From Nitrosospira multiformis (GTDB lineage Bacteria > Pseudomonadota > Gammaproteobacteria > Burkholderiales > Nitrosomonadaceae), in NCBI GenBank assembly GCA_017306155.1, contig JAFKJB010000016.1, positions 17,382 through 81,381 of the forward strand: a stretch of DNA of 64,000 nt. The letters run 5' to 3'. Positions 1-9,251 of the stretch are shown here, in pieces. Both the position numbers and the translations under genes were made by a program. The notes under the pieces were generated by a model that searched no databases, was not told the origin of the DNA, and worked only from the letters and a program-made list of their open reading frames with translations. How positions within the stretch are numbered: position 1 is the first letter of the stretch; each line of letters begins with the position of its first letter.

Positions 1-308
1 TCGGGTGGAAAAATCATGCCGCGTGCTGTTTCTTTGGCAAATACTCCCTGAACTGTCGTCACGGGGATGGATATCTCACGGGAGACACCGGCAAACCGCG
101 CCGAGAATTGTATCACTTCATTTCCAAGCGTGAGATGGTGCGCAGCGTCGTGGCTGATGTTGAGAATAATCTCGCCATTCTTTATATATTCGTCCGGCAC
201 GCGGGTGTTGTCGTCCACTTTGATCGAGATGTAGGGCGTATAGCCGCAGTCCGAGCACCATTCATAAATGGCGCGAATCAGATAAGGCTTGGTGGAAAGG
301 TCTCTCAT
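1..308 (-). CDS. sspB: Stringent starvation protein B (ClpXP adaptor); 3' end runs off the window
   Basis: Not in the ORF track. Manual translation gives MRDLSTKPYLIRAIYEWCSDCGYTPYISIKVDDNTRVPDEYIKNGEIILNIS...FSARFAGVSREISIP; its ATG overlaps the sspA stop (ATGA). Confidence 0.93.
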   Translation of the reverse strand, partial: MRDLSTKPYLIRAIYEWCSDCGYTPYISIKVDDNTRVPDEYIKNGEIILNISHDAAHHLTLGNEVIQFSARFAGVSREISIPVTTVQGVFAKETARGMIFPP

Positions 309-904
309 TTGCGCATGGCCTTTTCAGAGGCTGTGAGCGCATCGATGAATGCCGGTCTGCTGAACAGGCGCTCGGCAAATTTCAGCAGGGGCGCAGCTTG
401 CTTGGGTAGCTGAATGCCATAATAGTCGAGCCGCCACAGCAGCGGCGCAATGGCGACATCGAGCATGGAAAATTCGTCCCCCAGCATATGTTTCTGTTTG
501 GCAAAGACAGGAGCGATCAGCGTCAGGTTGTCGCGAATCGTTGCGCGGGCTTTTTCCGCTGCTTTCGGGTTGCCGTTCTCCACTGCTTCGAGATGACAGA
601 AAAGTTCCTGTTCGAAGCGATGCAGAAACAGGCGCGCTCGTGCCCGCATCACGGGGTCTGCGGGCATCAGTTGCGGGTGAGGGAAGCGGTCGTCAATATA
701 CTCGTTGATGATATTGGACTCGTACAGGACGAGATCGCGCTCTACCAGGACGGGTACGCGGCCATAAGGGCTCATCACTGCCAGATCTTCGGGCCTGTTG
801 TGCAGATCGACATCGATGATCTGAAAATCCATACCTTTTTCGTACAGCACGATCCGGCAACGGTGGCTGTACGGGCAGGTAGTGGCTGAGTACAAGGTCA
901 TCAT
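305..904 (-). CDS. sspA: Stringent starvation protein A (GST-like)
   Basis: CPYSHRCRIVLYEKG, PYGRVPVLVERDLVLYESNIINEYIDDRFPHP; usual position after petC. Confidence 0.95.
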   Translation of the reverse strand: MMTLYSATTCPYSHRCRIVLYEKGMDFQIIDVDLHNRPEDLAVMSPYGRVPVLVERDLVLYESNIINEYIDDRFPHPQLMPADPVMRARARLFLHRFEQELFCHLEAVENGNPKAAEKARATIRDNLTLIAPVFAKQKHMLGDEFSMLDVAIAPLLWRLDYYGIQLPKQAAPLLKFAERLFSRPAFIDALTASEKAMRK

Positions 905-959
905 GACCAGTTATTTCCCAACGACATCAAATCGACGGCTTTCCGGATAATGATCAATC

Positions 960-1697
960 TCAATGAACGTCCTTCCAGTATTCCTTCTTGAGGGCGTAAG
1001 TCAGTACCAGCATGAGGAACAGGAAGAGCATCACGATAATCCCGATCTGCACACGCTTGTTGGCCGCAGGCTCGCCCAGGTAAACCAGGAAATTCACCAG
1101 ATCGGCAACGTATGCGTCGTATTCCGTCTTGGAAAGCGATCCTGGTTTCGCGAGTGTCAATTCCTTTATTTCGTGTGTACCGCCGTGGCCGCCATCCTCT
1201 GATTTTACGTTGAGGACTTGCTCTCCCTGCAGTTCGTACAGCACATGGGGCATGGCGGCCTTGTCGAATACAAGGTTATTCCAGCCGGTTGCAGTGCTGT
1301 CATCCCGATAAAATTTTCTCAGGTAGGTATAAAGCCAGTCGGAACCACGGGAGCGGGCAATGACGGAGAGATCAGGCGGAGCTACGCCAAACCATTGCTT
1401 TGCTTCCTTCTTTGGCATCGCCACCGTCATGAGTTCACCGACTTTCTGACCTGTGAATATGAGGTTTTCACTGATCTGCGACTCGGTAAGACCGAGATCG
1501 CGCAGGCGGTTATAGCGCATGAAATCCGCACTGTGGCAGGACAGGCAGTAATTGACAAAAGTCTTTGCACCCCGCTGCAGGGACGCCATGTCCCTCGGCT
1601 TGATGGGCGCCGTATCAAGCGTTACTGCTGACTCGCTTGCAAATGCGACAAGTGGGGCCAGACAAAAAACAAATACGATGCTTTTAAGGTTTCTCAT
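960..1697 (-). CDS. petC: Cytochrome c1 of the bc1 complex
   Basis: Signal peptide, CLSCH heme motif, PPDLS, MPHVL, C-terminal TM ending KKEYWKDVH. Confidence 0.96.
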   Translation of the reverse strand: MRNLKSIVFVFCLAPLVAFASESAVTLDTAPIKPRDMASLQRGAKTFVNYCLSCHSADFMRYNRLRDLGLTESQISENLIFTGQKVGELMTVAMPKKEAKQWFGVAPPDLSVIARSRGSDWLYTYLRKFYRDDSTATGWNNLVFDKAAMPHVLYELQGEQVLNVKSEDGGHGGTHEIKELTLAKPGSLSKTEYDAYVADLVNFLVYLGEPAANKRVQIGIIVMLFLFLMLVLTYALKKEYWKDVH

Positions 1698-2941
1698 TAT
1701 CTCACCCTGGTCGGTTCAGGCTTGGTTTTATCGATCTTGCTGTACCACGGCATGAGAATGAAAAAAGCGAAATAGATTACCGTGAATATCTGCGCGAGCA
1801 ACGTGTAGAGGGGTGTGGGCGACTTCGTGCCCAGGTAGCCAAGCACAAGGACGCTGATGACAAAAAGTGTAAGGGCAAACTTGAAAATCGGCCCCTTATA
1901 CCGGATGGATTTCACCGGGCTGCGATCGAGCCACGGCAGCAGGGCAAAGATCGCGACGGAGCCGCCCATCAGTATGATGCCCCAGATCTTGGCCTCTATC
2001 CAGAGAAAGTTGACTGTAACCGCCCTCAGCATCGAATAGTACGGCGTGAAATACCATACCGGTGCGATGTGGTCGGGAGTCTGCAGCGTGTTGGCGGGAA
2101 TGAAATTATTGTACTCGAGGAAGTAACCGCCCATTTCCGGCATGAAGAATATGATGCCGGTAAACACGATCAGGAACACGACGACGCCGAAAATATCCTT
2201 TACCGAATAATAGGGATGGAAGGGAATGCCATCCACGGGGATGTGTGTCACGGGGTCCTTGTTGGCCTTGATCTCGATCCCGTCCGGATTGTTCGAACCT
2301 ACTTCATGCAGCGCCAGAATATGGGCGACCACCAGCACCACCAGCAGTCCGGGCAGGGTCACCACGTGATAGGCAAAGAAGCGGTTGAGCGCCGCATCCG
2401 AGAGCATGAAGTCGCCCAGAATCCAGTTCGACAGCGTCTGGCCGATCATGGGAATCGCACCGATCATGCTGATGATCACCTGCGCGCCCCAGTATGACAT
2501 CTGCCCCCAGGGCAGAATATAGCCGGTGAATGCCAGCATCATGAGGACGAAAAAGATGCCCATGCCGATGAGCCAGAGAAGCTCGCGCGGTTTGCGATAG
2601 GAGCCATACATCATCCCGCGGAACATGTGCAGATAGACGACCACGAAGAACATCGAAGCGCCGGTGGAATGCATATAGCGGATAATCCAGCCATAATTCA
2701 CGTCGCGCATGATATATTCCACCGAGGCGAATGCCATGCTGGCATCCGGCTTGTAGTTCATCGTGAGGAAAATACCGGTGATAAGCTGGTTCACCAGCAC
2801 GAGCATGGCAAGTGAACCGAAGTAGTACCAGAAATTGAAGTTCTTCGGCGCGTAGTACTCGCTGAGATGCGCCCTCCAGTTGGAGGTTAACGGAAATCGG
2901 GCGTCGATCCAGCTGATCATTGCCTCCAATCGCTTGCTCAT
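1697..2941 (-). CDS. petB: Cytochrome b of the bc1 complex
   Basis: RYMHSTGAS, YLHMFRG, PWGQMSYWG, PVWY (PEWY-equivalent). Confidence 0.97.
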   Translation of the reverse strand: MSKRLEAMISWIDARFPLTSNWRAHLSEYYAPKNFNFWYYFGSLAMLVLVNQLITGIFLTMNYKPDASMAFASVEYIMRDVNYGWIIRYMHSTGASMFFVVVYLHMFRGMMYGSYRKPRELLWLIGMGIFFVLMMLAFTGYILPWGQMSYWGAQVIISMIGAIPMIGQTLSNWILGDFMLSDAALNRFFAYHVVTLPGLLVVLVVAHILALHEVGSNNPDGIEIKANKDPVTHIPVDGIPFHPYYSVKDIFGVVVFLIVFTGIIFFMPEMGGYFLEYNNFIPANTLQTPDHIAPVWYFTPYYSMLRAVTVNFLWIEAKIWGIILMGGSVAIFALLPWLDRSPVKSIRYKGPIFKFALTLFVISVLVLGYLGTKSPTPLYTLLAQIFTVIYFAFFILMPWYSKIDKTKPEPTRVR

Positions 2942-2942
2942 T

Positions 2943-3545
2943 TTATGCAGACTCCTTATCAGACCCGACCAGCAGGCGCGTGTCGCTCAAATACATGTGG
3001 GGTGGGACAACCAGGTTAGTGGGTGCCGGAACTGCCTTGTACACACGTCCTGCAAGGTCGAACTTGGAGCCGTGGCAGGGGCAGAAAAAACCGCCAAGCC
3101 AGTCGGGGCCGAGATCTGCGGGCGCAATGTCCTTGCGGAATACCGGAGAGCAGCCCAGGTGGGTGCACACTCCTTCAACCACGAGAATGGCGGGCTTGAT
3201 CGAGCGGGTTTCATTCTGGGCGTACTTCGGTTGCTGATTCTTTTCAGATTTAGGGTCGGACACCTGGCCGTCGAGCTTCGGCAATGTGGCCAGCATATCC
3301 TGGGTGCGGTTCAGAACCCACACCACCTTGCCGCGCCATTCCACCAGAAGCAGCATGCCCGGCTCGACCTTGCTGATATCCACTTCGACTGGCGCCCCGG
3401 CCGCCTTGGCGCGTTCGCTGGGCATCATACTCATTACGAAGGGAGTCGCTACCGCAACAGTCGCGATCCCGCCGGCAACAGAAGTCGCGGCCAGGAGAAA
3501 ACGCCTCCTGCTGTTCATACCTTCTTTTTTTTCAATATCCGCCAT
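2943..3545 (-). CDS. petA: Rieske iron-sulfur subunit of the bc1 complex
   Basis: Tat-like SRRRFL, CTHLGC and CPCHGS motifs; start placed at ATG 3545. Confidence 0.96.
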   Translation of the reverse strand: MADIEKKEGMNSRRRFLLAATSVAGGIATVAVATPFVMSMMPSERAKAAGAPVEVDISKVEPGMLLLVEWRGKVVWVLNRTQDMLATLPKLDGQVSDPKSEKNQQPKYAQNETRSIKPAILVVEGVCTHLGCSPVFRKDIAPADLGPDWLGGFFCPCHGSKFDLAGRVYKAVPAPTNLVVPPHMYLSDTRLLVGSDKESA

Positions 3546-4015
3546 ATTTGCAGTCCCGTTTTCCGATTTGGACTTCCAGAAAAATTCATAAAAAAACTTA
3601 ACCATTTTACCATGATACGTATTGGAAAATAAATATTGATTGCAAGATGATTTGAGTGGGAAAAGCCGGGGGATTGGAAATATTACCTATTTATATCAAT
3701 TTGATAGGGCAGTCCTGTTATCGATGCACTCTACGCCGCGCTGAAATGGTTCCAGGTGAAATAGTTCCGGATTTGAAGCCTTCGAAAGGTTACACAGACG
3801 GGCAAACAGACAGGCCAAGCAAGCATTCTTGCAACCATGATGTTTTAACCATGGGAAATCTGTGACGGAAAGTGATGCTTCACCCGACCTGCGCAAGGTA
3901 TCTGCGTGAGATAATGGGTGTGAGGGGCACGATCGTTACAGGGATGGCCGTGTGGAAAAGGGGCGGCCAGCCGTAACAGAACAACTGGATATCATGGGAT
4001 GACCGCGAGGCCTGC

Positions 4016-4213
4016 ATGAAACGACCTGTTGTCAATTGTCCGCAGTGCGGCAAGAGTATTGTCTGGGACAGCAGCAATCCTTTTCGCCCGTTTTGTTCGG
4101 AACGCTGCAAGTTGATCGACCTGGGGCAGTGGGCTACGGAATCCTATCGTATTCCGGATACGGGAAAGGATCCGGAAAAACAGGAGAGCGATCCGTCGGG
4201 AAGCGAGAAATAG
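4016..4213 (+). CDS. yacG: DNA gyrase inhibitor YacG (zinc finger)
   Basis: CPQC...[17 protein letters not shown] signature. Confidence 0.93.
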   Translation: MKRPVVNCPQCGKSIVWDSSNPFRPFCSERCKLIDLGQWATESYRIPDTGKDPEKQESDPSGSEK

Positions 4214-4332
4214 GGCAGAGGCGACCAGGTTGCCAGGGTGTTCAGCGGTTCCCTAAAGCGGTTCCCTAAGTTGGCGGGTGGACAGTGCAAACGTTCCTGA
4301 AAAAATATCATGCCCCGGAGCCGTTCAGATTT

Positions 4333-5310
4333 TTAAGCCTTCCGCCCGATGTCGCGCGCCTGCCCAATGCGGCGCATCAGGGCGATGCCGTGAGCGCCGT
4401 GTTCCCAGGCAATAGCGAGATCTTCGCTCCCCAGTCCACCCAGCGCATATACAGGAATGGAGCTGCCGTGGATGAGTCTGGCAAACTTCCGCCAGCCCAA
4501 TGCGGGAGAATCAGGGTGGCTCGATGTCGGCAGTACGGGAGCCAGAACGGCAAAATCCATTTCCAGTTGCCCGGCCCGGAAAAGCTCCTCGGCATTATGG
4601 CAGGAGGCTCCGCACCATTCCACATCGGGTCGTTTCGAAAGATGCATCAGATCAGCCGATGTAAAATGGATTCCATCCATGCCGAATTCATGACAGAGGC
4701 TGGCGTTACCCGTACCGCTGTTCACGAGGATGCGGGCGCCATAATGATGGGCCAGTGCGGTCACTTCACGGGTAAAGGAATCCAGCGCTTTACCCTGAAT
4801 TCCTTTTTCGCGTAGCTGCAGCAGCCGCAGTCCTTTCTGGAGAGCGTGTTCGATTCGGGCTGCTGCAACCTTTGGTCCCCACTCCGTGGCATTCGTAATC
4901 CCATAAACGGGGGGTAGATGAAGTGCATGCAATACGGGTGCGTTGGCAGGAAGCAACGGCTCGACAGAGACATTGTCCGCAAGCTGCCACGACAGCTCCT
5001 GGTCTTCATACGGATGAGGCTCGCCATGCCACTCCAGCACGCGATAAAAATGAAGCCGTACAGTTGCATGAGGGTAGGTAAATGCACGGACTATCCAGGG
5101 GTAAGCATGTTTGACATGTATGCCCAATTCCTCCAGCAGCTCGCGCTTGAGTGCGTGCAGCAATGGCTCGCCCGGGTTGACCTTTCCGCCCGGAAACTCC
5201 CAGTAGCCGGCATAGGGCTTTCCTTCCGGCCGGCGGGCTAAAAGAAAGGAACCATCATTCCGGGTGATGATGGCGGCAGCAACTTCCACGACAGAGGGAA
5301 CAGGAGGCAT
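4333..5310 (-). CDS. MutT-like Nudix hydrolase fused to a thiamine-phosphate-synthase-like domain
   Basis: WEFPGGKVNPGE...RELLEELG Nudix box; C-terminal QLREK, GASCH, PVYALGG ThiE-like motifs. Confidence 0.88.
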   Translation of the reverse strand: MPPVPSVVEVAAAIITRNDGSFLLARRPEGKPYAGYWEFPGGKVNPGEPLLHALKRELLEELGIHVKHAYPWIVRAFTYPHATVRLHFYRVLEWHGEPHPYEDQELSWQLADNVSVEPLLPANAPVLHALHLPPVYGITNATEWGPKVAAARIEHALQKGLRLLQLREKGIQGKALDSFTREVTALAHHYGARILVNSGTGNASLCHEFGMDGIHFTSADLMHLSKRPDVEWCGASCHNAEELFRAGQLEMDFAVLAPVLPTSSHPDSPALGWRKFARLIHGSSIPVYALGGLGSEDLAIAWEHGAHGIALMRRIGQARDIGRKA

Positions 5311-5318
5311 GAAGAGGT

Positions 5319-6218
5319 TTACCGCTCCTGATGGAACTCTGTTTTGTCCGCGGTTTTCCGCCCGGACTTCTCTTTACCTGCCCAGTCGCGCGCGAATTGC
5401 CACGCCACCCGGCCATTGCGGGAACCTCGTCCCAAGGCCCAGCGCAGCGCCTCTTCCCGTATGCTGTCGTCCATTTTCTCTATGCTGAAGTAGGCAAGCC
5501 AGCGCGCCACAATACCCAGATACTGCTCCTGGTCGAAAGGATAAAAAGACACCCATAAACCAAAACGTTCCGATAGCGATGTCTTTTCCTCGACCGTTTC
5601 ACTCGGGTGAATCTCGCCGCCGATATGTCGCGTGTCCTGATTGTCTATCATATATTCAGGCATCAGGTGGCGCCGATTGGAAGTGGCGTAGACAAGCACA
5701 TTCTCGGACGCAGTGGCAATGGAGCCGTCGAGAACCACTTTCAGCGCCTTGTAGCCTGGCTCGCCGGATTCAAACGACAGGTCATCACAATAGAGAATGA
5801 AGCGTTCCGGACGCCGATATATCTTCTCCACGATTTCAGGCAGATCAATGAGATCGTGTTTTTCCACTTCGATGAGACGCAACCCGTCGTCTGCGTATTT
5901 ATTCAGCATTGCTTTTACCAGCGACGACTTGCCCGTGCCACGGGCTCCCGTAAGCAGCACGTTATTGGCAGGATGATGCCGCACGAATTGCCGTGTATTC
6001 TGGTCTACAAGATTTTTTTGACGCTCTATGCCCTGCAATGCCTCGAACGTGATGCGATCGGGATAGCGCACCGGTTCGATGATTCCGGTGCGTCCTGTCT
6101 TTCGCCAGCGGAAAGCCGCGGCATTCCAGTCCGGATCGGGCATGCCAGGATGCAGCAACTCCTCCAGGCGGGAGAGCAGGATTTCCGCCCGATCATATAA
6201 TTTGTCCCAATCGTTCAT
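5319..6218 (-). CDS. DUF815-type AAA+ ATPase
   Basis: Walker A GARGTGKS, FILYCDDLSFE, YATSNRRHLMPE, SLSERFGL. Confidence 0.88.
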   Translation of the reverse strand: MNDWDKLYDRAEILLSRLEELLHPGMPDPDWNAAAFRWRKTGRTGIIEPVRYPDRITFEALQGIERQKNLVDQNTRQFVRHHPANNVLLTGARGTGKSSLVKAMLNKYADDGLRLIEVEKHDLIDLPEIVEKIYRRPERFILYCDDLSFESGEPGYKALKVVLDGSIATASENVLVYATSNRRHLMPEYMIDNQDTRHIGGEIHPSETVEEKTSLSERFGLWVSFYPFDQEQYLGIVARWLAYFSIEKMDDSIREEALRWALGRGSRNGRVAWQFARDWAGKEKSGRKTADKTEFHQER

Positions 6219-6273
6219 GAACAGTCCTGAAATTGCTCGATTATACCCGTAAGAAATTCAGGGGTTCGACCAC

Positions 6274-6309
6274 GGAACTCACCATGGAACTCGCCATTGA
6301 ATTCGCTAC
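6274..6309. repeat. Three degenerate 12-bp tandem repeats
   Basis: GGAACTCACCAT / GGAACTCGCCAT / TGAATTCGCTAC in a divergent intergenic region. Confidence 0.6.
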
Positions 6310-6626
6310 GGTAGCTGGAAGGTACATCGAGAAAGACCAGGGTAAGCTTCGGGCAGTATCGGACAGTCCCTGTCACCGGTATCTGCCGCCGGAAGCCGGG
6401 ACAAGCGCATGATTTATGTGCGCTAACGAACGGAACCGCTCAGCTAAAAGCGCCATGATCTAGCGCGGTACGTCAGGCAGTTGTATAGTGCCGGATTCCT
6501 GGTTTCCGGTTCCGGTCGAACCGTAAAAACCAAGAAGATAAAAATCTTTGATGGATTTCAGCAATTGGCAAGCGTACGCTTTCCGGAAACTTCCTTTAAT
6601 TGAACAACCACTCAGGAGAATTCACT

Positions 6627-7187
6627 ATGAATAATATGCCCAGCAAAAAATCAATTATTTCCCTCGCGCTGGGGTCTGCTTTTGCTGCAACGCTTGGTAC
6701 TGCTTCCGTTGCTTCTGCAGGCGACAACCCTTTCGCTGCACAATTCCTTCAGAAAGGCTTCATGGTAGCGGACAGTCATTATGATGACAAAGGCGGATAC
6801 GGTGACGCGGGCGCCGGATATGGTGACAGGAAGGATGCCTACGGTGGCGACAAGAAGCATGGAGAAGGCCGCTGTGGAATGTCCATGGCGGACTCCGATA
6901 ATGATGGCAGGGTAAGCAGGGAAGAGCACGCCCGCCACGCTGAAATGATGTTTAACAAGGCGGATACCAACAGGGATGGGTATATCGATAAGGACGAGGC
7001 CAGCGCGATGAGGAAAAAATACCGCGGCCATGGCCATGGTTCCCGGTCCGGTGACCAATACGGTGGATCAGGTGACCAGTACCGCGGTAACCGCGATGGC
7101 GGCGTCGATGTGCATCGTTACCGCGAATATGGAGCGGGTGAGACCGTTCCACGTTATTTGCCCCACATGAGGACCATGGGCGAGTAA
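6627..7187 (+). CDS. Exported Gly-rich protein with HvfA-like leader, EGRCG motif and two EF-hands
   Basis: SD AGGAGA before ATG 6627; signal peptide then NPF...L.KGFMVA; EF loops DSDNDGRVSREE and DTNRDGYIDKDE. Confidence 0.8.
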   Translation: MNNMPSKKSIISLALGSAFAATLGTASVASAGDNPFAAQFLQKGFMVADSHYDDKGGYGDAGAGYGDRKDAYGGDKKHGEGRCGMSMADSDNDGRVSREEHARHAEMMFNKADTNRDGYIDKDEASAMRKKYRGHGHGSRSGDQYGGSGDQYRGNRDGGVDVHRYREYGAGETVPRYLPHMRTMGE

Positions 7188-7223
7188 AGCAATTCATCAG
7201 CGCTGACGCCAGTGGTGATTCCG

Positions 7224-7261
7224 CCTTGCCGACAACCGGTTTTAACCGGTTGTCGGCAAGG
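7224..7261. terminator. Perfect 18-bp inverted repeat between convergent genes (probable bidirectional terminator)
   Basis: CCTTGCCGACAACCGGTT-TT-AACCGGTTGTCGGCAAGG; no long U tract. Confidence 0.55.
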
Positions 7262-7362
7262 TTGTCCTGCTGCGGAATGATAGGGCACCGGTGTTTATAT
7301 CTTATTATCTTCCTACCCGGTTGCAGTGCTGCAGACAGCGACATACGTACTGGTTGCTGGTA

Positions 7363-8601
7363 TCAGCTCCGATACTCGGCGTTGATCTTTACATAATCGT
7401 AAGACAGATCGCAGGTCCAGACAGTGGCTGCAGCCTGTCCTCTATTCAGCGCGACACGCACGGTAATTTCCGATTGTTTCATCACCCGCTGTCCCTCCTT
7501 CTCCTCGTAAGCGAAAGCTCTCCCCCCGTTTTCCGCAACCAGTACATCGTCGAGATAAAGTTGCAGCTTGTTGATGTCAAGCGCTTCTATGCCTGCATAG
7601 CCGATGGCGGCCAGTATTCGCCCGAGATTGGGATCTGAAGCGAAGAACGCTGTTTTGATCAGGGGCGAGTGCGCAATCGCATAGGCAACCTTGCGGCATT
7701 CCGCCACGGTTCTGCCACTTTCTATCTGGATTGTGATGAATTTGGTCGCGCCTTCGCCATCGCGCACGATTGCCTGCGCAAGTTCCACTGCGACACCGGT
7801 TATCGCATCCTGCAATTGCATAAACTCGGGGCTATTCTTATTTACGATGGGTGCGTGAGCGGCGCGTCCGCTGGCCATCAGAATGAATGCGTCATTGGTG
7901 GAAGTATCGCCGTCCACCGTGATGCAGTTGAATGAATGGTCAGCGGCGTGCTGGACCATGTGTTCCAGCAATGCGTTGCTTACGGCGGCATCGGTTGCGA
8001 TAAAACCCAGCATGGTGGCCATGTTCGGACGAATCATCCCCGAACCCTTGGCAATTCCGGTAATTGTCACGGTTACACCATTGAGGGAAATTTGCCGGGA
8101 TGCCGCCTTCGGGACAATATCGGTTGTCATGATCGCTTCAGAGGCGGCAAACCAGTTATCGGCTCCAAGATCGTTTATTGCCCCCGGCAAGCCGGTAACG
8201 ATTTTCGGGAGCGGCAAGGGCTCCATGATCACGCCGGTTGAAAAAGGCAGTACCTGTTCAGTGGCGCACCCGAGCAGCCGGGCAGTCTCGGCGCAGGTCG
8301 TGCGGGCATCTTCTATGCCCCTTTCGCCGGTGCCGGCATTGGCGCATCCCGTATTGATGACAAGGGCACGAATAGAACCATTTGAATCGAGGGACGAGAG
8401 ATGTTCCCGGGCGACTATGACCGGCGCTGCGCAAAAATCATTCTGGGTAAACACTCCCGCCACTGCCGCACCGTCATCCAGAACGATGACCAGCAGGTCC
8501 TTGCGCTCCGGTTTCCTGATGTTGGCTTCCACTGTGCCCAGGGTGAGGCCTTTTATGGCCAGGAGCTGTTCGGGCAGGGCAGGTGTAAAGTTGACAGGCA
8601 T
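7363..8601 (-). CDS. argJ: Ornithine acetyltransferase / N-acetylglutamate synthase
   Basis: [51 protein letters not shown]. Confidence 0.97.
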   Translation of the reverse strand: MPVNFTPALPEQLLAIKGLTLGTVEANIRKPERKDLLVIVLDDGAAVAGVFTQNDFCAAPVIVAREHLSSLDSNGSIRALVINTGCANAGTGERGIEDARTTCAETARLLGCATEQVLPFSTGVIMEPLPLPKIVTGLPGAINDLGADNWFAASEAIMTTDIVPKAASRQISLNGVTVTITGIAKGSGMIRPNMATMLGFIATDAAVSNALLEHMVQHAADHSFNCITVDGDTSTNDAFILMASGRAAHAPIVNKNSPEFMQLQDAITGVAVELAQAIVRDGEGATKFITIQIESGRTVAECRKVAYAIAHSPLIKTAFFASDPNLGRILAAIGYAGIEALDINKLQLYLDDVLVAENGGRAFAYEEKEGQRVMKQSEITVRVALNRGQAAATVWTCDLSYDYVKINAEYRS

Positions 8602-8956
8602 GATGGATAGGCGTAGATAGGCGAGGTAATTGGCGAATGAAGCGCAATCGATGCTTGGTTAAAAGAATACAGTGGTATTATCGTCCACCTTTGTTTTTTG
8701 AATCGGAAGAGCAGATTTGAAAAAACGCAATGCTAACCCATCTTCAGGTTCTCCTCCATCTCATCTTTCAGCCCCTGATAATGCCGGATAGTCCGGCATT
8801 AACCTGACGAACAGAAATTAGAATTTTTGTAACTGATAGAAATGCTGCTATCGGCCAACGACTTTTGTTCGTCGGGTCCCCTGTTTTACCTGGTGGTACC
8901 ACTTTGAATGCGATGAAGGTGGACCGGGAGCGGGCCACGAGTAAAGGAGAATTTGC

Positions 8957-9184
8957 ATGAATTGCGATAAAGAACTGGATGTGCGCGGACTGAATTGTCC
9001 GCTGCCCATATTGCGCACTAAAAAATCGCTCGTGGACATGGTATCCGGTCAGGTATTGAAGATTATGGCCACTGATCCCGGCGCTGTAATCGATTTCCAG
9101 GTTTTTGCCGAGCAGACGGGAAATGAGCTGCTGTCGTTGTCGGAAGCGGCGGGTGAATTCACGTTTTATATGAAGAAGAGGTAG
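8957..9184 (+). CDS. tusA: TusA/SirA-family sulfurtransferase
   Basis: LDVRGLNCPLPIL (CPxP), ATDPG; SD AAGGAG. Confidence 0.88.
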   Translation: MNCDKELDVRGLNCPLPILRTKKSLVDMVSGQVLKIMATDPGAVIDFQVFAEQTGNELLSLSEAAGEFTFYMKKR

Positions 9185-9251
9185 TGAAGCAACAGCAGGA
9201 AGCAGCAAGAAGTGGCCGGAAGCAAGGAGCGATCTAAGGAAAATCTGAACT

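Noticed and set aside
8779-8801. 10-bp inverted repeat TAATGCCGGA-TAG-TCCGGCATTA
   Set aside because: Single short hairpin between divergent argJ and tusA with no supporting context.
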